This document shows, piece by piece, positions 37,601-49,830 of a stretch of 64,000 nucleotides of DNA. Both the position numbers and the translations under genes were made by a program. Source of the stretch: Camelus dromedarius (taxonomy: Eukaryota). The stretch spans positions 50,036,001 to 50,100,000 of the forward strand of contig NC_087437.1 of the NCBI RefSeq assembly GCF_036321535.1, read 5' to 3'. Under the pieces are notes generated by a model. It made no database searches. It was not told the origin of the DNA and saw only the letters and a program-made list of their open reading frames with translations. Positions within the stretch are counted from its first letter, which is position 1, and each line of letters begins with the position of its first letter.

Positions 37601-40600
37601 TTTTCCTCCCCTCCTTCTTTCCCTCCTTCCGTCCTTGCTACATATCTACAAATTTATCCAAGGTTCCTCCTAACTCCTGGGTGATAGGGCTGGGAAGCTT
37701 TAGAGAAAGCACTTGCCTGTCATTTAAGGCTTGCACTCTTCAACCTCCTCATTTGGCTCCATGTCCATTTTTTCAGTTTCCCTTGCAAAAAGATTCTGAA
37801 TGAGGAAGTGAGAACCAGTAACCTTCCTGCTCAGTCTTTTTGCAGAGCCCTGGGGTCACTGTGAGCAGGCCTGGAGAGGCTTTTCTCACAAATGCGGAAC
37901 TAAATGATGCATTAAATTGGGTGAGGGCTGCCTTCAGGTGAAGATGAAAAGGACCCTGGCTGCCCTAGGAGAGAACATTTCCTCCAGGATGTTTTCAACT
38001 GTAGTTTTCCATTTCACTTTAAATAGCACAGGTGACAAGGACTTTATGTGCATAACCCCCTGAACCAGCCCAGCAGCCCCGTGTCACTTTCTGCTACAGA
38101 GGAAGAGAGAAGGGAAGGTTGTGCGAAAAGAGATGTTTTAGCTTTCCTTTCAATTTTTTTCTTCCTCATTCCCCCTCTGGAAGGAAAGAAAATACAAGCA
38201 CAAAGAAGGTACCACTTATTTTACCAAAACTTCAAAAGACACCAAATCCAGGTCTCCAGGTAAGTTTCTGGAGCATTCCAGTAACCTTTGATTATAGTTC
38301 CAATTAGATTAAGTTCTGCTAAAATGAGTGAGGTATTTCTCTGTGTCTGTCATGGTCGTGTAACAGAGACAATCAGCCATTTACTGTACACGTCAGTGGA
38401 GGGCCAAGAGAAGACTTTTAGAAGATGGGGGTCTCCGGCTCTCCAAAGGGTCAAAGGGCAGATAATTTCACAATAAAGGGCAGTGAGATTTGGACCTCAA
38501 GGTTATGGGAGAAACCCTGCTATCTGATCAGAGCGTAAATTGCTCTAAGGTTTGACTGTCAATCACATCAGAATAAGTAGACCATTATATTTTACTGTCT
38601 GCTTCTTGCATAGACTAAATGAGAGCAGTTTGTATACTTTTGATCACTTTCTTGTACTTTGGGTTGTTAAAAATGAATACGGCATATGTCCAGTTTGGTC
38701 ATCAGAGCTTCGAATATAAGAAAGATTGACAGAATACTTTTTGAAATATTTTTTAAATTTCCCTGGCTATATAAGAGATAAAGCAGTTTTTTGAACCATG
38801 CAAATATAGAAAACAGGAATTAGCCATACAAATATGGACACTCCTAACTATAAACTTATATGTATTTCTACAAATAAATGGTCAAGCAGGGTTTAAATAC
38901 TATCCAAACTCCTACCTCATATAGCTGCTGTGAAAATTAAATGTAACAATCTCTAAAAACTAACTTAGAGCAATGCCTGGCACATAGTAAGCACTCAATA
39001 TATGACTTCCCAACACACACACACACACAAAGATCTCATTTTTACATTTACCCACAATGCCCTACTCACTCCACCATCAGCTAAGACACAGAAACCAAAC
39101 AACTGGTTAACCAATGTAAGTAGAAATGACAGAAGAACGGACAAAGATAAGGCTACAGAGAAAGGCAGTGAAAGAAATGGTTTTTAAGGTGAGCTACCTG
39201 GAGAAACAAAGCTCTGTGATAGCCCAAACAAGGATGGAAAAAAAGGTGCTTAGAAAAAGATACCAGATAAGGGAAATGGTACTGGCTTAATGGCAGGCAG
39301 AAAATTACAGAACGCAGCATGCAACTGAGCTCTGCCATACCCTACACCTGGACAGAAGCCTATCTCTGAGTCCCCTTTCCTGCAAATGACAGATGCAGGT
39401 AAAAAGATGATGTCAAAACCCTGAGTGGGTATCTGACAGAAACAGAAACAAGGTCTCCTCTTTGCCCTGGGATGTAGCCATATTTCCTTATGACCATGAG
39501 CCCTGTCTGGCTTGCAGACTATATAATTTTCCTATTTTTTTTCCTCAAAAATGACTCATAAGTGCTATATTATTTTACCCTACACAAATTGCTTTCCATA
39601 AACCCAGAGGAGAAGAAAGTGCTTGAAGCTATCATTATAAACATGACACATCTGTTTTTAATAACTGAAGAAGTATAATAAAACCTTTACTTTGGGGAAA
39701 TATCCAGAATTTTATCCTGAAGAAAAATTGTATCCATCTGGTCCCAAGAGGCTGGTTTTTGCATCAAGCGATATTTGCTGGTTGGGTGATTGGAGAGTGG
39801 GAGTGTGGAAAAGGGGGAAGTTGTTAGATCCAACACTTATCGTTAAGTGGAGCTAGTTTCTAAAAATGCAGCATCCAGAAACTGGTGAGTAATCCTTCTC
39901 CGTCGTGCAATATTATGTCACCAGATCTGCTGATCCAATGCACAATAAAATTAATCCTCCATTCTGCAAATGCTGGTGATATGGCAATCACAGATGTGCT
40001 GAAACAGAAGTGTTCGTGCCAGGCAGAGTTCATGAGGCACAGACTAGGCCAGTTGTTGAGTTTCCGGTCCATGCTCAACTCTAAGCCTACAGTATCTGAA
40101 GAGGGGAGGAGCAGGCTGAGGATTCACTAGACAGCCTTCCAATCCTTTCTATTTCCTCTCTTTCCCTAGAGTTGTTATTGCACATTATTTTAAATTTCCT
40201 GACAATCTGGCAGCATAGTAATTATGAAGACAGTATGGAACAGGAGGGTGGGTGCAGAGTAGAAGCAGGTAAGGGAAAGGAACTGTCATTTGTGGGCAAA
40301 TACATTCCATTAGACCCTCTAGATTTAAACCTCACAACCTATGGAGTTGGTGTTACACATGTTACACAACTATCTTTTGACAAAGCTTTATTTGGGACCC
40401 AAATCTGTGCAACTCCCAAGCTCTTTCCATTATACCATGCTGATCCAGTCATCCTACGGTCTATGCTTAAACACTTCTTCTTAAGCATCCCTATGGATAG
40501 CCATAAAGGAGGCACCAGGTAAAGGAAATTTAGGGTCAACATAGTTTAGTAACTCAACCTTATCAATGGCAAACTAAAGCAAGAACTACCCTTCACTCAT

Positions 40601-41043
40601 GGGTTAGGCTAAGGGAAGGTGAGACACCTTGACTGATAGTCTGTCAAGACACTATGCCAGGGAAAATTGGGCTGCTGTTACCAAAAAGCCAAAATGAAAG
40701 TTATCTACTGGAATGGTATTATAGAAACCTGCAATTACCTCGTCCATTATTTTAATTTTGTTATCTGTCCCTCTCCAACTAGAATGTAAACCCCACAAGA
40801 GCAGGGGAGTAGTCTTGTTTCTCTCTGTAAACCAAACAGGCACAGAGCCTGGGCTGGGAACCCAGAGGAAAAGTGATCTTAATATTCTTATTAACTCATA
40901 TCATTATTTTTCCCCTCAAAAACTCACTCCCAGTAATATCTACAGTGTGAAAACAATAGTAAGGAGAAAGAAATTGTCTAATGAAATGTTCAATGTATTT
41001 AGCACCCCCCACTCAGTACCATTAATACATGGCCTCTTTGAGG

Positions 41044-41302
41044 CAGGACCACATGAAGATTTCTGTGAGCATTTTGCCATCCGGGCTTCCTCCCTCCATG
41101 AGAATAATTAAAGTTATAATTTATGACTGCACTGGCGTAAAGAGGAATATAAACCAAACTGGATTCATCATTATATAGTTATCATTAGGTTCATTTTTTT
41201 TTCTTCTTGTTTTAAATGGAAATTCAAGTGAAAACATTTACGTGAGCCACTAAAAGTACCATGGACCCATGGGTGCTGTGCCTAATGAATAAGTGGGCCC
41301 TG
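41044..41302 (-). mobile_element. hAT-type non-autonomous DNA transposon (MER96B-like) with both ends and an 8-bp TSD
   Basis: Minus strand begins cagggcccacttattcattaggcacagc; termini caggaccac... / ...gtgggccctg; flanks ctttgagg (41036-41043) / ctctgggg (41303-41310) match 6/8. Confidence 0.75.
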
Positions 41303-42154
41303 CTCTGGGGGCCACTTGCGGGGGACCACGTCCCTACCAGAGCAAGTCCTTATCCCTTCTTTCCTGATGGGATGCAGTTTCAAAGCCAGGAGCTGGTCCG
41401 TACTTTCTAGTTGGACTCCAAACTCAGAAGGCCTCTCCTTTTCTTGTCTGACTTAAGAATAGCTGAGACCTAAGGGTGGAAATCCCTACCTGCATTAACT
41501 TTCCACAGGTCTTAATCACGCAGACTCTTTACCTTTTCTGTTGCTAAGCTGTGGGAAAATTATGCCTCCCCAAGTCAGTAGAGCCCTCCTCTTGTTTATG
41601 TGAAGACCCCAGTTAAGCTAGAAATAGAATTTAGCACTGCAAACATTGTTTAAAAAATGTTAAGATATCCAGTCCAGTGCTCCTGTTCATTATTCTCTGC
41701 TGAAACCTAATATTAGTAACAGCATGTACGGAAGACCTGGACCATGAATTAATAATGAACCACTTGTACTGGAAAATATGTGAGCACCTAGTTACTTTAT
41801 TTGGCAGGTGCCCGAGGGGATGGGAGTTTGCTCTGTCTTCCACAGCACTTTCAGTGATAAATTTTGCAGAGTAAAAGTAGCTATCAGTTATTTCTGAGGG
41901 ATTACCTTCAGGGGAAAAGATAACCAAGTATTTATCTACCTCCCCTCCCACTCCGACTCTCTTCCCTGCCCTGCTTTCCATAGATAACAAGGCTCCTCAA
42001 CACTGTTCGGACCTGAACCGTTTCTTCTAAGAAACTTTCACTTTCCTCAAGCACTTAGTCCTGTTAATGTTTTAACACTTATAATTTCACTTTTTACTTC
42101 ATCTGATTTACTCTACCATGATATTAAAAACTCCATGAGGACAAAGAATTGTAC

Positions 42155-42420
42155 AGGGAAGCAATGCAGGATAGTGGTAAAGGACAGAGGCCCCAGAGTC
42201 AATCAGGTGTAGGTTGGAATCCTGTCCCTATGGACTACCACATAACAGTCACATGCTCTTGCGCAAATCACTGAACTTTTCTGATCCCCCGTTTCTCCTC
42301 TGTAAAGGGGTGGGACGTGGTAATAATTGCTTTTCTGGATTAATGTAAAGATCAGGACAAATGTGGTGGAGTACCTAGTACAATGTGTATAGAGCAGGCA
42401 TTTCATAAATACTAGCTGTT
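42155..42420 (+). mobile_element. MIR SINE (near full length)
   Basis: gcaggatagtggtaaaggacagaggccccagagtca...gtttctcctctgtaaagggg. Confidence 0.75.
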
Positions 42421-45400
42421 ACCATTATCACCATCATTTCCCCCATCGCCTTCTTTGTATCCCCATAATCTAGCATAATTGGCACATATAATGTTTGTTG
42501 TATAAATCATGAAATATATTTCACATGTAATCCTTTGATCCAAGAAGAATGGCCTGAGAGAGCAATTTGTTTTCTTTGGCTTGGTTTTTGACAAAATTAA
42601 TTTTCACCTGGGTTTCCTCCTTCTTCAGTGCATCATCTCTGCCTCCTGGAGGCATCTTTGAATACCTGATAACAATGTATCAAGGACATTTTCCTATGGA
42701 TTTTCCATTTCCAATGAATTTATTTTAAGGAAAGTTCAAAACAAATTCTCAGTCACAAGTGGTCAGAGCACCTATTGTAGCAATCAAGAGAAACGTAAAC
42801 TTGAACATAAAAATGTTTGTGTAAAAAAGTGTCAAGCTTTTGGCTCTGTATAGGTTACTACAACTTTAAGGACTATTTGGTTTATTTCTTGCAAGGCAAC
42901 TCTCACCTGTCCCCTTATACCAGGTTTTTTTGCTTCCTGCACATGTAAAAAAATGCCTTTCTACATCTGCAGAAAACAAGTAGTTGTTGTCATCACTATA
43001 CTTGCCCTGTGAAACCTTAGAAAGGTGATAGAGTTTACACATTCCGTTCCTTTAAGAGGAGCACAGCGTTTCAGCTCCATCGTCAAGAGTTCCATCCAGT
43101 GGACCTGATAAATGGCTTTTGAGTTTTGTGGATTTTAACATTAAATTATTTTAAAAAACAAAATAAAACTGAAAACACTTTTCAGAAACAAATGCAAAAA
43201 GACAAAAGGAAAAGGGGTGAGAATTCTCTCTGTTGATGAAAATCAATTCATAGGGAGACGTCTCACTGGTTTTTTTTAAGCTATTACATAACCAAGTGTA
43301 GTACGTAGTACAGGAAATAATTTTGTCCACACACCTGCACAGAAAAACCCACATCAACAAGTTTGCTTCGGCCGTCAATCTGTGAGACCAAGAGCTAAGC
43401 CTAAAAGCAAAGGCGAAATAAAATACGAAAATTGCACAGCAGCCACAGAGGAGTCAGCTATCCAGAGGCCCCTGCTGTAACCCCATCTTTAGGGTAGAGT
43501 TTCAGATGCAGTTTGGTGTTTTGGTCACCTGACACAAGTTCTGAAGCCCAATTGGCCTCTGAGTTTACAGGCTAAGTAATGATGTAACCAGAGTGTGTGG
43601 GAACCAGAAGGATGAGACAGATACAATTTTTCCCAGTCGTTTATTAGACTTGGCTACTAATTCTGCTTGTTCCTCGGTTTGACTGCTGGTTATCAGGAAA
43701 TTTGAACTACTTAAAGGACATAATGAGTTTATCTATACCTGGGGTAGAACTTAGTCACATTCATATAAGATTAAACCACAATTATAGAGAACAGTAATCT
43801 GTGAAATTCAGTTATTCATGTCTGAATTTGGGAGCGGGTATTTTTTCATGTATCTATATTTTGTTTTTCTTGTACTCCTTTTTTTTCAACTAAACATCAT
43901 TTACATCACTTACAAAATCATTCTTATGTTGCCTGAAAAAAATCCATCAAAATAACTATGTTGGCTTATCCATAATTTCTCTATTCCTTTTCTCAATCTT
44001 ACAGAGTTTTTGTCTAAACAGAATAAATGTTTATATTGTGCAATTTGTCACTATGGTAACTTTGGGCCTTTAAAATGCTGACACTATATCAGAGACAACC
44101 AAGAGAAGAAATATCCTTGTTTGACAAGAATAAGCAGAACCAGTTTGACAAACTTCAGGTAAACCAAACATAGCAGGGCAAGGATGCCTAAGGATAAAAA
44201 GCATTTGTTGTTCTACTTATATGACTTCATGTCAAGGAAAACTAGAGCATATTCAAGTTTCATGGCAAAAACAAGAGAGCTAATTTAATACTCATAGCAA
44301 AACTTACAGGGAATTTTTTTCCCTCCAAATTTCCTATACCTGTCCCTCCATACCTCCTCCACCAAAAAAGTCATTTAAGTAATTTCTAATACTCACACTA
44401 CATTATCTTTCTGATGTGTTGGTGTAAGTTTATAAAAAAATCTACAACTCATTATTTCTGAATCTCTTGAGGACAGCCTTGCAGTTGTATGTCACAAGAT
44501 CTTATCAACAGTTTTACAATAGAAAAGGTCACAGGTCTCAAAATTGATGATGTAATAAATTCCCTACATGATTTTTTAAATTAATTCATGTTACATTTTG
44601 GTTGCATTTACACTCATAGAAAGTACTTCACATTCTCAAAATACTTAGTCTAGATAGCACAAATGTCTTCAGGACAGAAATCCCTAAAAAGCACTTCCTC
44701 ATCTTTCTTCTTATGTTTATCATGCCCAACACATACGCAATAGATATGGTGTCTGACATCTACTTAAACCTGTTGAGAACTATATCAAACATTAATGGGG
44801 ATTAGTGTTAGAACCGGTGTAAACATAGCAAACAATCTGCTGAAAATACATACTCACATTTCCATATGTTATGCGGTAAGCAGAGTCATTTAAGAAGTGA
44901 GATACTCAGGGAGAAGGTGTTCAGGTAGCAAGTATTTCACTGGCGAGAAGTAAACACATCCTGGATATATTTACTTCATAGCACCAGCATATGCATACCT
45001 ACCCAACTCTGGCTCTTAAGCTTCTCCTCAAGAGACAGGTCAAGTTCAAGATATGCAATTTCATTATGAAAAGCTTCTAAAACATAGATAAAAATGATTT
45101 AGTACTTCCAGGTGCACTGTAATTCTTGGCAGAAAAAGTTAATTCCAGGTGTGTAATCTCCTAAAGAAATCTGTTGTCAAAGCTGGATAAAACCATCACA
45201 TTAGAAAAATAGAAGTTCACCCATGAAAAAGTACAAGGTATGGCTAGGAATAGGAAAACTCTCTACTCTGTGCAGAAATTACAGCATAAAAGTGAAACTG
45301 TCTTTTACTTATGTAAACATTGCTTGGTTTTGGGCATCATTTCAAAAGAGGTAGAACTGAACACGCAGGAGCATATAGAAATATGACACACTCTTGGTGG

Positions 45401-47275
45401 GAGGTTTTAGGTGGGGCCCTAGTGCCAAGTCAGACTCTAATACACAGACAAAGGAAGAAAGAAGATGTATTTTATAGCTTACAGATTTTTTTCTTCATTT
45501 TTTTTAAGTAGCCAAACCAACCAAATAACTCAATCAACAACAACAAAACGGAGATGTGCCACACAGTGGAAAATGTTGTTAATAGCTTGAATAACAAGGG
45601 GGCCCTGGGAGGGGTGGGGATGGGGGGGGCCCATATTATGGAATATTTAAACTTTGTAATTCAATGCACATTTATTAATTGGTTTCTTTTTAAGAGGCAC
45701 TTATTTATGACAGGTTTATGAACAATATAGCATGTACAGAGCACTGAAGTTCTCTCATGACTTGTTTTTATTTCCATATGTTTAGATGAAATGAACATCA
45801 CATTTAATAGTAGAACTAGTTGCTCTTGAAGTGTTTGCCAGTGCTGCATCTCTTGGGAATTGTTACCACCAGATTAATATCCTGTGGGTCACTTAATTTA
45901 AAAAACCACATCACAGAGGCATTATGTGATTAGATGTACTGCTTTTACAAGCCAGTCGGGGTGTGTACTTTGTGTCTGGTTCAGAAAGGCTGGTGAGACT
46001 AACTTATAAAGACCTCCAACCTGGAGCCTCTAAGAGGCCAATGATTATACAGACACATGACCAGCAGAGAAAAATGTGCCCTCCATCTACCATCAGAGAC
46101 TGCCTAGGAAACAGGATCTCAAAGTAACAACTCCCTTAGTCAGAAAGAAGCCTGAACAGCTGGTCGGAACTGACTGCCTCAGAGAGGGAAGGGAGGTGCT
46201 ATCAATATCCCGCATCAGGCCTGCTTGTCACCAAATGTTCATAGTAAAGACAGAATCATGCTATTTCCAAATTATGCTATCAACACCAAGTTCTACCAAC
46301 TGTAAAGTATTTTGTGAATTTTTAAATGTTCTTTATTCTCCCCTCAAACATTTTCAAATGTGGGCATTGGGCAGACCACCCAAAACAACAGGAAGTGTGC
46401 CTTTTGAGCGAGCAAGAGGAATTTGCCATTGGCTCCAAGGACCCCTGGGATAGTATGCCCAGCGTTTCCTGCAGGAGTTTCAAATGGCATCAGGTGCAGA
46501 GGCTTCAGGCAACATGGAAGCATCAATCATCATTTATGGTCCACTATTGATTATCTGTAAGGAGATCATACACTTAGGCTTCCTCAGGCCAGGCCCAGAG
46601 AGGCCTCAGGCTACCATCAAGAGAGAAAGAAACCCTAAAAGGCATCCAGGTGGGTCACTGTGAGCTGGAGAACCTACATATGAGGAACATTGTGGGCATC
46701 CGAGTTATAGTCAGAGTCAAATAAAAACTTCCCTTCATTATCACAAATCTGCAATCCTTACTTGTCTTTTTAACTACCCTGAACCTTTACAAATACTGAA
46801 ATGACTGTTTTTAAAATAAAGTAATTTTGTTCAGTGCTTCAAACTGTGGATGGGTATGTTCTCGGAAAAGTTTTTTTGTCAAATATAAATTGAACTGGAC
46901 AACCGTGAAATTCATTTCACTATGTAGAGGAAAAGGAGTTCACTATGAGTAGGGGCTGTAGTGGATGAACTGGAGAACAGAAATGGTGCGCCTATGGATT
47001 TGCCAAAGTAGAAAATTCCTGACAGCCTCCTTGTTAGTACAACTGAGTTCTTATTTTTTGAAGGAAACTGAAGTTTTAGAGAAAAGAGGCATCTCCAGTG
47101 GTTCCTTTTGAAGCCCTTCTTTGTAGCTTTAAGCAGTGAGGATCACAAGTCTTTGAACCCAACCGCAACCATCCAGATTTGCCCATTTATTTTTTAACCC
47201 GACTCAACAGGAAAAATGTGGAGGTGAAAATGAGGAGGGATGAAAAGAGGAATCGTATTCTTTGTATCCTGTCCT

Positions 47276-48558
47276 GCCATTTGCCACATTTCTAAAACAC
47301 CAAGATTCCCAGTCTTGAGAGGATGCATGAATCTTTCGCTATTTTTTTATCTTTTGACAAAAAAAGTAATAATTTCCAATGGCTGAATAATTACTGGAAA
47401 GGATTTCCAGTCTCTTGCATTTGTACTTGTAACTAACAACAAGTGGAGATCACTGACCCAGACACTTGGATATTGTTCCAAACTGTGCCACCCTGAGTGG
47501 GTCACAGAGCTTCTCTGTGTCTATTTCCTTATCTGTAGAATCATATTCTCACCTGTCAAATTCACAAGATTGTTGAGAAGAATTAAGTGAATTCATGACT
47601 ATGAAAATGCCTTCAAAAACACGAAGCACCACAACAAATTCAAGGAACAGTGGCAATTATGAAGATTATAACGGTGACAATGAGAGAATGCAGGTAGAAA
47701 TTACATACATTTATGAAATTATGGCTTAATATTTGTCATGTGGGAATTTTAATATTCTTAGACATCCAGGACTGAGATGTTAATAGAAGTTTATAAGCAC
47801 AGTGGTGATCCTTGAATGAGACATATTTTAAACATTCAAAAGAAAATTCATGATATGCATATTTCTCTTATCAAAGGTAACAAAGACACCAATGCAAAAT
47901 GCTCAAAATTTGCAGCTTCTGGAGGTTCTCTTTCTTTGCTTTGCCTATAAACAATGCTTGGGAAGGCCAAGTGAGGATCATTTTTAGACCTTTGGTCTGA
48001 CTGAAATACTGCCCACCCTATTTAAGTCCTGTGATTTCTGTCAGAGAGTGAAATAAACATGCTTCTCAATATCATTACCAAGAGATTCCACTTTGACCTT
48101 CTGGTTCTGTCTCAGGTGGCTAAGTGATAGAAGGATGAAAGAGAGGAAGAAAGTATAACTGTGAGAACTAAAAATATGCCCTAACAGAAATTATAGGTTC
48201 CCTAGGATGAGGATAAAGATTTAACTCTGTAATATCAATTGCTGTCCTATTAAATAAGGAACTGCACTATAAAAACTGCACTACAAGTGATGATTTCTGG
48301 ATATCTGCACATATCTCTTCCACAGTACCCTCCCATCACTAAGGTAAAGGAAAAGCATATTGATTTTTCTGTAAACATCCATCCTTTTAAGTTGACTAGC
48401 TGGAACTCTGTTATTTAAATAGGAAGTTATGTCCTGCTTAGGTAGCTGAAGCTGCCAGCAGAGCTTTAACAGATAAAATATTCAAGGACCAAAGCACCGC
48501 CATTGCCACATTCCCAAAATACCAAGATTCCCAGTCTTGAGAGGATGCATGAATCTTT
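47276..48558 (+). repeat. Dispersed ~60-bp direct repeat (copies 47276-47336 and 48499-48558)
   Basis: 38-bp perfect core accaagattcccagtcttgagaggatgcatgaatcttt (47299-47336 and 48521-48558) preceded by similar gcca(t)ttgccacatt..aaaa. Confidence 0.95.
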
Positions 48559-49377
48559 TCCATGTCCAAAATCAAACACAAGGGGCATCTTCTTGGCAAT
48601 GCTCTGAGATGAACAATTATTTATACTCCATTTCACTACTCAGACATACAAAATAAGGCTGAAGCAAGAAGAGCAATGCTACTCACGGAGAAATGAGAAT
48701 TATAGCATTCGGGATGGACAGATTTTTATTATCCTATGTTCAGATAATTAAACAGAGAATTAGAGTGCATGGATTACTCTGCAAATGGAGGGCAGTAGAA
48801 AGCCTGTACCCTATTTTCTTGAAATCCTCTTGCTTTCCTCCTTTTGCCCATTATACTCCTGTCTACAGGGGGCATTTTCAACTCTGCCAATAGTGTCTGA
48901 GAATCTGTGCCCTGGATGTCATGACCCAGTCGAAGAGGTTTGCTAATTATCCTAACTCCCCCTGCTGGAGGGTTTAACTACAACCCAACCTAAAAACTCT
49001 CTTCTCATTTGAACATAGTAACTGTTAAAAATATTTTTCAAGTTAATCCACATAGTAAAAAAAGAAGCAAAAAAACTTTAAAAGAAGATGAAGTTTATAT
49101 GAGACTGTAACTCACTATATTTTAAATATATTGGTTGTTTAATATTATTTTCAAACTAGCCTTTGTGATTAGATTTGTGGAATATAAAATAGATACATTG
49201 GTCTAATTTTTCCCTTATTCTCTTTTTGTTCCCACACTCTCTCATTTTTGTGGTTTGCAATATTTCCCTTTGTCTCTAAGCTCTAGACTTCTACTTAATA
49301 AGTACCAATAAAGATTGGATGTTATCCTTAAACAGTGGTAGCATTCCCCACCTGCTAATTGCTTTATTTGTACTTAC

Positions 49378-49412
49378 TGTTTCCGCCCTCTCATCAACAG
49401 GGGCTTTAACAT
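49378..49412 (-). CDS. SOX6: Coding part of an alternative first exon: MLKPLLMRGRK plus a split codon, N-terminal extension of the long SOX6 isoform
   Basis: ATG at 49412, in-frame upstream TAG at 49472-49470, strong donor ACA|GTAAGT (49377-49372). Phase 2 fits a next exon starting AAGA-ATG, giving MLKPLLMRGRKQRMSSK (13 extra aa, as recalled for SOX6). Confidence 0.65.
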
Positions 49413-49474
49413 AAAGGGCAATGAAGTAGAACGTGATGAAGCCAACAGGAGCCAGCCGAGTGAATGCTTCTATA

Positions 49475-49830
49475 ATTACACAGTAGCCTGGAGTAGCTCT
49501 TCTCAAATCAAATTATGAGCCTGGATTACCTAAAACTCTCAGGACACAGTCCGGGTTTTCATTTGTCTGCAGGTTACTGGAGACAAGCAGCCTTCTTTCC
49601 TTTTGCCTTTATTCTTCACAGACATTAAAGCTCCAATTCCATTGTGATATTCCCAAAGCAATGAGACATTGTGGAGAATGCCATTCTCTTAAATACTTCG
49701 TCTGATCCCATGTGTTTTATAACTGATTTTAAATTTTTTTAAAGAAAGAAAGTTTTTTTTTCATGTTTACAACCACCCTTGTCATTTGCATATCAAACTT
49801 GATTCCCAGCTGAGCTTACTCATGATTCTT
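49475..49830 (-). promoter_or_regulatory. Putative promoter/enhancer upstream of the coding alternative first exon
   Basis: Repeat-free; CATTGTG 49640-49646, inverted pair AGCAATG-aga-CATTGTG 49657-49673, TGTTTAC 49764-49770, ATTTGCAT 49784-49791. Confidence 0.5.
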
